From IMG/VR virus record IMGVR_UViG_3300030103_004214, positions 1-59,907 of that record: a DNA stretch of 59,907 bases. One strand, written 5' to 3'. Of the stretch, positions 17,116-25,060 are shown in pieces. The DNA comes from a virus. Taxonomy: Duplodnaviria; Caudoviricetes. The notes beneath the pieces were generated by a model that did not search any database, was not told the DNA's origin, and was given only the letters and a program-made list of their open reading frames with translations. The position numbers were made by a program, and so were the translations under genes. The stretch's first letter is position 1; each line of letters opens with the position of its first letter.

Positions 17116-17385
17116 TTAATTTGTATATCCAACAGCAGCACCCTTTACTCCAGCGTTAGCAGCAAAGATGCCTTGTAGTGGTTCTTTCTCTAATTGAACA
17201 ACAGCACCACCTGGTAATGTAAATGAACCAACTGTTGATCCGCCCACTGTTGCAACGAGTGTTACTAAATGTGCATTACTAGTCGTATTAACAACACGAA
17301 CCAGTCTTGCATTACTAAATGCATTTGCACCAGCAGTATTTGTTCCTAATGCTGCTTCTGCACCTTTAATTAATAGTCTACTCAT
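17116..17385 (-). CDS. Conserved small virion-region hypothetical protein
   Basis: 89-aa beta-rich ORF (ARLVRVVN...LEKEP) between gp20 and gp21. Confidence 0.75.
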   Translation of the reverse strand: MSRLLIKGAEAALGTNTAGANAFSNARLVRVVNTTSNAHLVTLVATVGGSTVGSFTLPGGAVVQLEKEPLQGIFAANAGVKGAAVGYTN

Positions 17386-17602
17386 CAGTTTCCTCTGTTT
17401 CTACAGTAGTTTCATCTTCCACTTCAAGTTCAGATTCTGCTTCAGGTGCTTCAGGCACCTCTCCACCAAAGACATCTGCTGCGACCACAGGTCTAGCACC
17501 GTCAACATATTCTGATGCTCTTGCATAGAGTCTTTCCTTTATTTTATCGGAAATATCACTAGCACTAGCGTCAGTAGCTATCAAATCCACAAGATCTTCC
17601 AT
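17378..17602 (-). CDS. Acidic hypothetical protein, possible prohead core protein (gp67/gp68 position)
   Basis: 74-aa ORF (ISDKIKERLYARA) with late promoter; syntenic with T4 core genes. Confidence 0.7.
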   Translation of the reverse strand: MEDLVDLIATDASASDISDKIKERLYARASEYVDGARPVVAADVFGGEVPEAPEAESELEVEDETTVETEETDE

Positions 17603-17626
17603 AAGATTAATTTATTGCAATATACT

Positions 17627-17634
17627 TATTTATA
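17627..17634 (-). promoter_or_regulatory. T4 late promoter TATAAATA
   Basis: Perfect consensus after the gp20 stop. Confidence 0.75.
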
Positions 17635-17639
17635 CTGTA

Positions 17640-19334
17640 TTATAACTCTGCTGTTTTTGTATCTTTCTGATATTGAGCATCTACAGTTGGTCCTGCAGCA
17701 TCATCTTCGTCTTCATCTTCGAGAGATTTGCCTAAAACATTTCCATTAGTTTCTGTTGCTGACTCTCCTTCCTGTGGTAATGGTTCTCCTGTAATTGGAT
17801 CTGTCTCTGCAGGATTTGGAATAATACCTTTTTCAATTTCATCTTCAATCTGCATATCAATCTCTTCAATCTCAGAATCTGTTTGTTGTAAAACTCTCTT
17901 ACGAACATATTCTGTTGAATAATATTTACCAATATATGGTTCAATTGTTGCAAGATTACTGAGACGATTTTGTAGCATCTCAGATTCTTTGAGTTCTGCA
18001 AATTGATTATCATACAAGAAGTCATATTGAATATGATCTTCCATTTGTTTCCAATCTTCTGGAGTAACAATATTCTTAAGAATTAACTGAGTCTTAAGCA
18101 TATCATTAAACATATTTGCAAAACGTTTTCTTAAACGTCCTACAAATTTAGAGAAACGTAATTCATCTCTAAGTATTTCAGATGAACGACCTAAGTTAAA
18201 TCCTGTATCACCACCAATGCGTGACTCAGGAACATTAAGTGCACGATATAATTTTCTTTGGAAATATTCAATATCTGTTAGTTCACCTAAGTTTTGTCCA
18301 CCAGGTAAGGTTGTGATTTCAGTTCCTCTTCCACCTTCTCTTCTTGGTAGCCAGAAATCTTCCATCATCGACATAAACTTACGATCATCTCTGATTTCAC
18401 CAGTTTGTGCATTATATACTAGTTTATTACGATAACGATTCATTACCTCTTTGAGGTATTGTTCTGCTTTGATTTTTGGTAAATTACCAACATCAATATA
18501 AAATATTCTTCTTTCTGGTGCTCTTGATAGTCTATAAATTACAAGACTATCTTCAATCATTCTTAACTGGTTAAGTGCCTTGATTGATTTTTGCAAATAA
18601 GAAAGAACTCGATGATTATTACGGTCAACTAATCCTGATGTGCAATATGTGATTGAATCTTTTGATATTTTAACAGCACCTTTACCTGCACTTGCAACCA
18701 TCCCAGTTGGATAGTTTGGTTTCATTGTATAAAGATAATATTCATCAAACTTAGGATTTGGAACTATCTCTGTATCTCTACCACTACTAATTCTAATAGA
18801 TGTATCAGGTGCCTCGTTTGATCTCTTTTCCTGACGAACATATTTCATCTTCATCGGATCAATATATCTTAAATCCTGAATACCTTCTTGTGGATTCTTT
18901 GGGTCTATAACTTTTAGATAATATACTCTTCCATCAATATACCAGTTACGAAATATCTCGTGTGACTTCTTATCGAAGTCCATTGTTTCTTTTAAATATC
19001 TAAATTCTTCTCTAATTTTTTTCTTAATGCTTTCACTAGCATTAAGGTTAGATAACTCTACCTCTACAGGAGAGTCATATAAATCTGTGACGATTGCTTC
19101 ATTAACGACATCTTCGATAGCACTATCAACTTCAGGATGAAGTGCCATCTCTCGATATCTTTTAATTAATTCGTGTTCGTTACGATATGCACCTTCAATA
19201 TCTACGTATTGACCATAAAATCCACTTGATATAAAATTATCAACCCCATCCTCATTATTCTTGGGAACAGGGCTGACAAGTTTATCGGATTTATTATTTT
19301 TATCCTCAATTGAAAAACCAAAAAGTTTTGCCAT
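17640..19334 (-). CDS. gp20: Portal vertex protein gp20
   Basis: MAKLFGF, RAPERRIFYIDVGNLPK, EDFWLPRREGGRGTEITTLPGGQNLG. Confidence 0.99.
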   Translation of the reverse strand: MAKLFGFSIEDKNNKSDKLVSPVPKNNEDGVDNFISSGFYGQYVDIEGAYRNEHELIKRYREMALHPEVDSAIEDVVNEAIVTDLYDSPVEVELSNLNASESIKKKIREEFRYLKETMDFDKKSHEIFRNWYIDGRVYYLKVIDPKNPQEGIQDLRYIDPMKMKYVRQEKRSNEAPDTSIRISSGRDTEIVPNPKFDEYYLYTMKPNYPTGMVASAGKGAVKISKDSITYCTSGLVDRNNHRVLSYLQKSIKALNQLRMIEDSLVIYRLSRAPERRIFYIDVGNLPKIKAEQYLKEVMNRYRNKLVYNAQTGEIRDDRKFMSMMEDFWLPRREGGRGTEITTLPGGQNLGELTDIEYFQRKLYRALNVPESRIGGDTGFNLGRSSEILRDELRFSKFVGRLRKRFANMFNDMLKTQLILKNIVTPEDWKQMEDHIQYDFLYDNQFAELKESEMLQNRLSNLATIEPYIGKYYSTEYVRKRVLQQTDSEIEEIDMQIEDEIEKGIIPNPAETDPITGEPLPQEGESATETNGNVLGKSLEDEDEDDAAGPTVDAQYQKDTKTAEL

Positions 19335-19366
19335 TACATTATTATGATTGAACTGTTATTATGTTC

Positions 19367-19374
19367 TATTTAGC
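19367..19374 (-). promoter_or_regulatory. Late promoter variant (GCTAAATA) overlapping the gp19 stop
   Basis: TAAATA core about 32 nt before the gp20 ATG. Confidence 0.5.
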
Positions 19375-19960
19375 TGATGTCTACACCGCCAGAAACTGGA
19401 CTATCTCCTTTTAGAATTTCAATATACTGAACCTGAAGTTCAACAGTAAATTCTTGGATACCAGCAGCATCATATGAAAGTTCAATTGGACCAACCTGTG
19501 TTGGGAATGTATCATAGAAACGATATTTCCTGATACTCTGTCCATCACGGTCAAGTTGGAATACAAATGCATCTGCTTGATAGTCTGCTGGATTTACTAA
19601 TCCAGTGTTATCACTCAATTTGTTAATTGTATTCATCCAGTTCTCAAACGCTGACCTTATTGCAAAGTCTGTATCGTTGATAACTGTGACTGTCCATGAA
19701 TCGAATGTTCTGTCACCTGCGATTTTAAGAACCCTTCCTCTGAAAGGAACTTCGATTTGTGCAATGTTTGATGCTGGTAATCTCGCTCCTTTAACTAAGA
19801 ACCTTGATTTATCAAGGACATCCTGTGCTGGCTGAGCAGCATCAGGAAAAGTGAGGACTACTTCAAACAGATTAGCACGAGCACCGCCACCTGTCAATTT
19901 ACTCTTAAAGTCGGAAATCGTCCTTAGTGGTGGTGGATTGACTTGATTTCTACTAGCCAT
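19370..19960 (-). CDS. gp19: Tail tube protein gp19
   Basis: GGGARANLFEV, VPFRGRVLKIAGDRTF..WTVTVINDTDF. Confidence 0.97.
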   Translation of the reverse strand: MASRNQVNPPPLRTISDFKSKLTGGGARANLFEVVLTFPDAAQPAQDVLDKSRFLVKGARLPASNIAQIEVPFRGRVLKIAGDRTFDSWTVTVINDTDFAIRSAFENWMNTINKLSDNTGLVNPADYQADAFVFQLDRDGQSIRKYRFYDTFPTQVGPIELSYDAAGIQEFTVELQVQYIEILKGDSPVSGGVDIS

Positions 19961-19981
19961 AGTTGATTAAACCTCTGTTAA

Positions 19982-22186
19982 TTAAACGGAACCAATTACT
20001 TCTTCAAATGCAACACCAGTTCTGGTGGCAACGAAGGTAAGACCGATAAAGTTGATCGACCTCGCTGGTTTGATAAAGATATCAGCAACAAATTCATTTC
20101 GGTCAATGACTGCTGCAGTGTTGTTTGTTTCATCGCAAATTACAACAAAGTCAAATATACCTCTGTTGGATTGAACCTCTCTCAAGAATGGTTCAATAAT
20201 ATTTACGAAGTTTGTTCTTGTTAGTTCATCATTGAACTCAAAGAGTTGATCTTTAGCAGCTGCTGATATAGCATCTTCTAAGAAAATGAACAACCTACGA
20301 ACGTTGATACGGTCAAATGCTGATGACTTACCGAATCCAGTCTTATCTCCAAAGAGTATAATACCAGCACCAGGTGAGAGAATTACAGGATTAATTCTAT
20401 TGGAATATAGAATGTCTCTCTGTTTCTTACCAGGATTGTAGATAAGTTTTACTGAGTTGAGTATCGTTCCTCTTGCAGTTCCTGCGGGTGAGAACCAAGG
20501 GAACTGTTCAATATCAGTTCTAGCACAAGTTCCAGCGATGTCACCATTTAATGGAACATATCTGAAAGTATTGTTGAACCTATCGAACATATACTTATAA
20601 CCACTATCAAACACACCGTATGTTGTTGAAGTGATTGGTGCATAGAAACTCACCACATTTGATGTGATTGTATCTATGTTATTAACTGTAACAGAACCAA
20701 CTGCACTATCATTCAAGAATGATTGACGGTTAGGTGAGACAAATGCAACTGCATCTTTTCTCAACTCTGCAACAGCAATTATTTTTTCAGCAACTGCCTG
20801 TGTTTGCTCTTTTGGATGATGACCTGCACCCATAAGAAGGAAGTCAACTTCAATCTCTTCAGTATTCTCAAATAGTGAATAACCTGTAATAAGGTCATCA
20901 ACACCTGAGTTAAGTGCACCAGTTGAAGTATAATTTTGTACTCCACCATAGTTACACCCACCTGCGAGTGAACCAGTGAATACACCAGAACCACCGAAGG
21001 TTACTCCGTTTGCTTCCTGATCCCAACCACTATCAGCATCTAAGTTACCAACAGCAGTTGCAGTTCCACCAGTAAATCCAGTAGTTGTGATTCCAGCAGG
21101 AGCACTACCACCGTAAATGTATTGTGAAACGTTTGCAAGATACTTTCTCCAGTATGATGTTGAACCTACTGAATACTCACCATCTTTCGCTTTTGATAGA
21201 TTTAAGTGTTTCTCAAGGATAGTTCCAGCATTACCTGTTACTTCTCCTTTGTCATCAATGACAACAACGTGAACCTCATCAAATCTGCTACCTCTTGCAG
21301 CTGCGAAACTTGATGTGCCAGGTGCATCTGCTAACTGATCCCACTCTAACTTAGTAGCGTTACCATTTATATCTGTTGTTGTTAAAACAATATTTTGTTG
21401 CTCAAACCAATCTTTTTGTGCAGTAACAGATTGTGCTGTTCCTCCAATATTAGTTCCAGCTGCACTGGCAGAAATAGTGCTACCACTCTTGAAGCAGTAA
21501 ACCCCACCTTGCTGATAATCAACATTAGTTACTGTGCCAGCAGTTGATACGTGTTGTAAAACTTTTACTTCTGCTTGTCCAGATTCTGGAAGTCCAGTAA
21601 CGATACCTTTTAAGTAACCGTCAAGAACACTTGTTCCAGCTGCACCAGCAACAATTCTTCCAGCTGCGGATTGGGTAATTCCTAATCCAACTGTAGATAT
21701 TCCAGCAACAGTTAATATCTGGTCTGCTTTTGCGTCGATTATTGAAACTCTAATTCCATTCGCATAACTACCAGGAGTTTTTGCTGCGACTGTTACATTA
21801 GTGATTGTATTATCATCATAACCAAGTTGATTATAATGGTCTGAACTTTTTATTCTGATGCTACTTGCAGCACCAACAAATGCGTTCTTTAGTCCAACAC
21901 CAGTTGCACTATTGAAGTCATCCGCACGAATTACCTGCAATGTTCCACCATACGCTAAAAACGATGATGCGACCATCCAGTATTCATAATGTTTATCAAC
22001 CGAATAGGGTTGACCAAATGTCTGTAATAGATCCTCCTCACTCTCAATTAATTGAGCGTCCTCCACGGGACCTTTCGTAAATGGAGCGACAATCGCACCA
22101 ATAGAGCCGCTTGTAGCGTCCACTCTACCTATGGTGAGATCAACCTCTCTAACTACGATACCAGGAGATGCTAAATTTAATGCCAT
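19982..22186 (-). CDS. gp18: Tail sheath protein gp18
   Basis: SPGIVVREVDLT, PWFSPAG..RG, SAFDRINVRRLF, IKPARSINFI. Confidence 0.98.
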   Translation of the reverse strand: MALNLASPGIVVREVDLTIGRVDATSGSIGAIVAPFTKGPVEDAQLIESEEDLLQTFGQPYSVDKHYEYWMVASSFLAYGGTLQVIRADDFNSATGVGLKNAFVGAASSIRIKSSDHYNQLGYDDNTITNVTVAAKTPGSYANGIRVSIIDAKADQILTVAGISTVGLGITQSAAGRIVAGAAGTSVLDGYLKGIVTGLPESGQAEVKVLQHVSTAGTVTNVDYQQGGVYCFKSGSTISASAAGTNIGGTAQSVTAQKDWFEQQNIVLTTTDINGNATKLEWDQLADAPGTSSFAAARGSRFDEVHVVVIDDKGEVTGNAGTILEKHLNLSKAKDGEYSVGSTSYWRKYLANVSQYIYGGSAPAGITTTGFTGGTATAVGNLDADSGWDQEANGVTFGGSGVFTGSLAGGCNYGGVQNYTSTGALNSGVDDLITGYSLFENTEEIEVDFLLMGAGHHPKEQTQAVAEKIIAVAELRKDAVAFVSPNRQSFLNDSAVGSVTVNNIDTITSNVVSFYAPITSTTYGVFDSGYKYMFDRFNNTFRYVPLNGDIAGTCARTDIEQFPWFSPAGTARGTILNSVKLIYNPGKKQRDILYSNRINPVILSPGAGIILFGDKTGFGKSSAFDRINVRRLFIFLEDAISAAAKDQLFEFNDELTRTNFVNIIEPFLREVQSNRGIFDFVVICDETNNTAAVIDRNEFVADIFIKPARSINFIGLTFVATRTGVAFEEVIGSV

Positions 22187-22221
22187 CCCTTACTCTCCAT
22201 TCAGGATATTTTTGCTGAAAT

Positions 22222-22229
22222 TATTTATG
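22222..22229 (-). promoter_or_regulatory. Late promoter (CATAAATA)
   Basis: NATAAATA upstream of gp18. Confidence 0.65.
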
Positions 22230-22265
22230 GTTAGCCATTATTACACTGGGGAAACTGTGCATGAA

Positions 22266-22487
22266 CTACCAATCTGGATACTCCCATTCCCTCATCTTTG
22301 GTTTCTTTTTACTTCTCACTCTTTTTATAGTGCACACTTTACACTCATAGGAATATGATGATTTAATATTTTTATTCTTTCGTATAAGATAATATCCATC
22401 AATCAATTCTTTCATCTGACCACACACTCTACATTTTCTTTCAGAGAAAGTAAAATGTCCAAGTTCTAATTGTTCATCAAATTCCAT
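22266..22487 (-). CDS. Small Zn-ribbon-like hypothetical protein
   Basis: CRVC ... YSYECKVC; C-terminal WEYPDW. Confidence 0.75.
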   Translation of the reverse strand: MEFDEQLELGHFTFSERKCRVCGQMKELIDGYYLIRKNKNIKSSYSYECKVCTIKRVRSKKKPKMREWEYPDW

Positions 22488-22768
22488 TATAGAACTTGCA
22501 TTACACCAACTATCTCTGGAAAAGTTTGTGTTAGATGTCTTTCAATACCCATTCGTAATGTTTGTGCACTCATTGCACAGGTTTCACAAGCACCACTTAA
22601 TCTTACTTTAGCAATCGCTGCTTCTTCTCCTTCCTTCACCCCGTAATACATTCTAACTTGTTCTTCTAAATTATAGTCTAATTCAACAAATTCAAGATAT
22701 CCTCCATCGGATTCGATGTAAGGACGTATATCATCTAATGATTTATTAACTTCTACTGGGTCTAACAT
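22487..22768 (-). CDS. nifU: NifU/NfuA-domain Fe-S cluster carrier protein
   Basis: LDDIRPYIESDGG...VRLSGACETCAMSAQTLRMGIE. Confidence 0.88.
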   Translation of the reverse strand: MLDPVEVNKSLDDIRPYIESDGGYLEFVELDYNLEEQVRMYYGVKEGEEAAIAKVRLSGACETCAMSAQTLRMGIERHLTQTFPEIVGVMQVL

Positions 22769-23040
22769 TATAAATCACCTCTCCAAATAATGTCAGAACC
22801 AGGCACTTGTGCTGAACGTGATGCAAAGTTTAGACAAATATTACAGAAGAACCAGAAAAAGTTAACTATCCAAGTCTGTCTCCATAGAAACTTTCGATTT
22901 GTAACAACAATAAAAGTATTCATTTCATTGTCTTGCTGTTTTACTACCTGTTCTAATATAAAAGCAATCACAAATCCAATTGCAAATATAAAGAAACAAA
23001 AATTAAAAAACTGTGAACCAACTAGAAAAAAATAAAGCAT
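22768..23040 (-). CDS. Small membrane protein (two hydrophobic segments)
   Basis: Start MLYFF at 23040 by TAATG coupling to the gp17 stop. Confidence 0.7.
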   Translation of the reverse strand: MLYFFLVGSQFFNFCFFIFAIGFVIAFILEQVVKQQDNEMNTFIVVTNRKFLWRQTWIVNFFWFFCNICLNFASRSAQVPGSDIIWRGDL

Positions 23041-24683
23041 TAATAATAATCCCACATATAAGAACGATCTCCATACTCATCAGTTTTCCATAAATCTCCA
23101 TCTTTGTCAACAAAGGTATCATCACCAAACCCATCAGAGATAAAACCAAATGGTGCCATATCTTGCTCTATCTGATTTTTTTGCTCTTCATATATTCTCT
23201 TTCGCACATCATTATCAGTCATTTCCTTAAAATAATCCTGTGCTACTAACCAAGAAAATATAACAAGACACATTGCTAGGTCATCGTTACATCCTTCCTC
23301 TGCCTCAAATGAGTTATGTTTTTGAGCAAAAGTTGTAAGTTCGGATATGATATCGTAATCAACCACTAATATCTTATCATCTTCTAGCATAGTTTTCAAG
23401 TTGGAACAACCCAACTTCTTGACTGCTGCTGTGGTTCTTACACCTAACTGTGATCTTTTACCACTGAAACCAGCACCAACTACTTGACCATTACGACCTC
23501 GTTGTGAACACATTAGTAAGTTTTCATATTCTAAATCATAATTCAGAATAGATGCAACCTGATCTCCAATATCATTTACCTCTACTAAAAGAAATGCCTT
23601 ATTATATGCCATTGCAATATCGTATATTACATTTGGAAAAAGCATAGGTTTAATTTCATTGTTCCGATATTTTCCAACTACTTTATATGGAAACTCTGTT
23701 ATATCAAAAACGAGAAAAGCGGAATAGTCATTTCCTAATCCACGAGCAACATCAACTGTGATAAGATAATTATGGTCTTTTCTTGGTGCTTCATATATGT
23801 CAAGACCTGCATTTCTTTGTATTGGGTCTTCATATACAAGTGTTTTTAACTTTGCTGGATTAATAAGTGTATTGACAGAACCTAAGAACTCACACTCAAA
23901 CTCAACCTTGAACTGTTGTTCTGATGTGTTTGCGATTGTTTGTTCTTTCCAAGTTTCATCACGACCTGGTACTTCTGACCAGTGAACTTCTGTTGGTACA
24001 TATTCATTTTTCTTTCTCTCAGCATCGTGCCACATACGGTAGAAATGATTCATACCTCGTGGTGTAGATACAATAATTACCTTTGTTTTCTGACCAGAAG
24101 AGATAGTAGGATAAACAGAGGCAAAGAAGTCGTCAGCAATGTGATTCGGGATGAAAGCGAACTCGTCGAGAAAGATGACATTATAGGAACCGCCTCGGAC
24201 AGCAGATGAAGATGTAGAGTTTGCAGAAATCTTTGATCCATTTTCTATTTCTAATGATCCTTTATTCCAAGATATAATACCTTGTTGCATCCATCTTGGC
24301 AAGTTTTCATATGCTAATTGTAATCTACCTAATAGATCACGGGCAGTAGATGCCTTGTTTGCAAGTATAGCAATATTAACATTATCATTAAATATTGCAT
24401 AATGTAGAAGGTATGATACAACTGTTGTTGATTTACCAGTCTGCCGAGGCATCTTGCATATATTGAAACGGTTTTCATGGAAATTCTGAATTAATTTTTT
24501 CTGAAAAGCATATTGCTTAAATGGAACTAAACCCTCATCAAGAGATACAATCTTGATATAGTTATTTGCAAAATAAACAGGATCGTCCTTACACTTCAAG
24601 AATTCACGAATATTTTCTTCCGTAAACTCAATCGGTGTGTTTGCTTTTTTTAGATTAGGATTACCAAGATAGACTTCACTCAT
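23040..24683 (-). CDS. gp17: Terminase large subunit gp17
   Basis: YLGNPNLK, RQTGKST, FLDEFAF, STPRGMNHFY, DVARG, DDLAM. Confidence 0.98.
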   Translation of the reverse strand: MSEVYLGNPNLKKANTPIEFTEENIREFLKCKDDPVYFANNYIKIVSLDEGLVPFKQYAFQKKLIQNFHENRFNICKMPRQTGKSTTVVSYLLHYAIFNDNVNIAILANKASTARDLLGRLQLAYENLPRWMQQGIISWNKGSLEIENGSKISANSTSSSAVRGGSYNVIFLDEFAFIPNHIADDFFASVYPTISSGQKTKVIIVSTPRGMNHFYRMWHDAERKKNEYVPTEVHWSEVPGRDETWKEQTIANTSEQQFKVEFECEFLGSVNTLINPAKLKTLVYEDPIQRNAGLDIYEAPRKDHNYLITVDVARGLGNDYSAFLVFDITEFPYKVVGKYRNNEIKPMLFPNVIYDIAMAYNKAFLLVEVNDIGDQVASILNYDLEYENLLMCSQRGRNGQVVGAGFSGKRSQLGVRTTAAVKKLGCSNLKTMLEDDKILVVDYDIISELTTFAQKHNSFEAEEGCNDDLAMCLVIFSWLVAQDYFKEMTDNDVRKRIYEEQKNQIEQDMAPFGFISDGFGDDTFVDKDGDLWKTDEYGDRSYMWDYY

Positions 24684-24700
24684 TATATTAAAAAATTATA

Positions 24701-25060
24701 TTATACTCTTACACCAAATGGATTATTTGGTGTGCCAGATCTTACTGAACCTTTTCCAACTCCAGCTGCATTCTTATACTTAGGACCTGCTATAACATCT
24801 CCTGCAGCACCTTTTGCAGGGGGAGTCTTGAATAATTTTTTATCGTGAGTAGCAATCTTTTTATCTTTAACTTTATTTAATTTAGCTCCCTTAAAATCAG
24901 TGCCCATAAAATACTTACTGAAAAAATCAATTGCTCCCCTTTCAAGAACGTCCTTTGTTCTTATATAAGGTAATGTTCCTGAATATGAATTTGGATAAGG
25001 AGACCTCTCACTTGAATTTTTTGGAACTACTTGTTCCTGAAATTGTTTAAATGTTTTCAT
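24701..25060 (-). CDS. Hypothetical protein with MKTFKQFQE leader (candidate internal head protein)
   Basis: Start ATG 25060 by TGATG coupling to the upstream stop; basic protein. Confidence 0.75.
   Translation of the reverse strand: MKTFKQFQEQVVPKNSSERSPYPNSYSGTLPYIRTKDVLERGAIDFFSKYFMGTDFKGAKLNKVKDKKIATHDKKLFKTPPAKGAAGDVIAGPKYKNAAGVGKGSVRSGTPNNPFGVRV

Noticed and set aside
5019-24683. Inteins, introns or homing endonucleases in gp46, uvsW, gp20, gp23 or gp17
   Set aside because: Lengths are normal and frames uninterrupted; no splice-junction, LAGLIDADG, HNH or GIY-YIG motifs seen.
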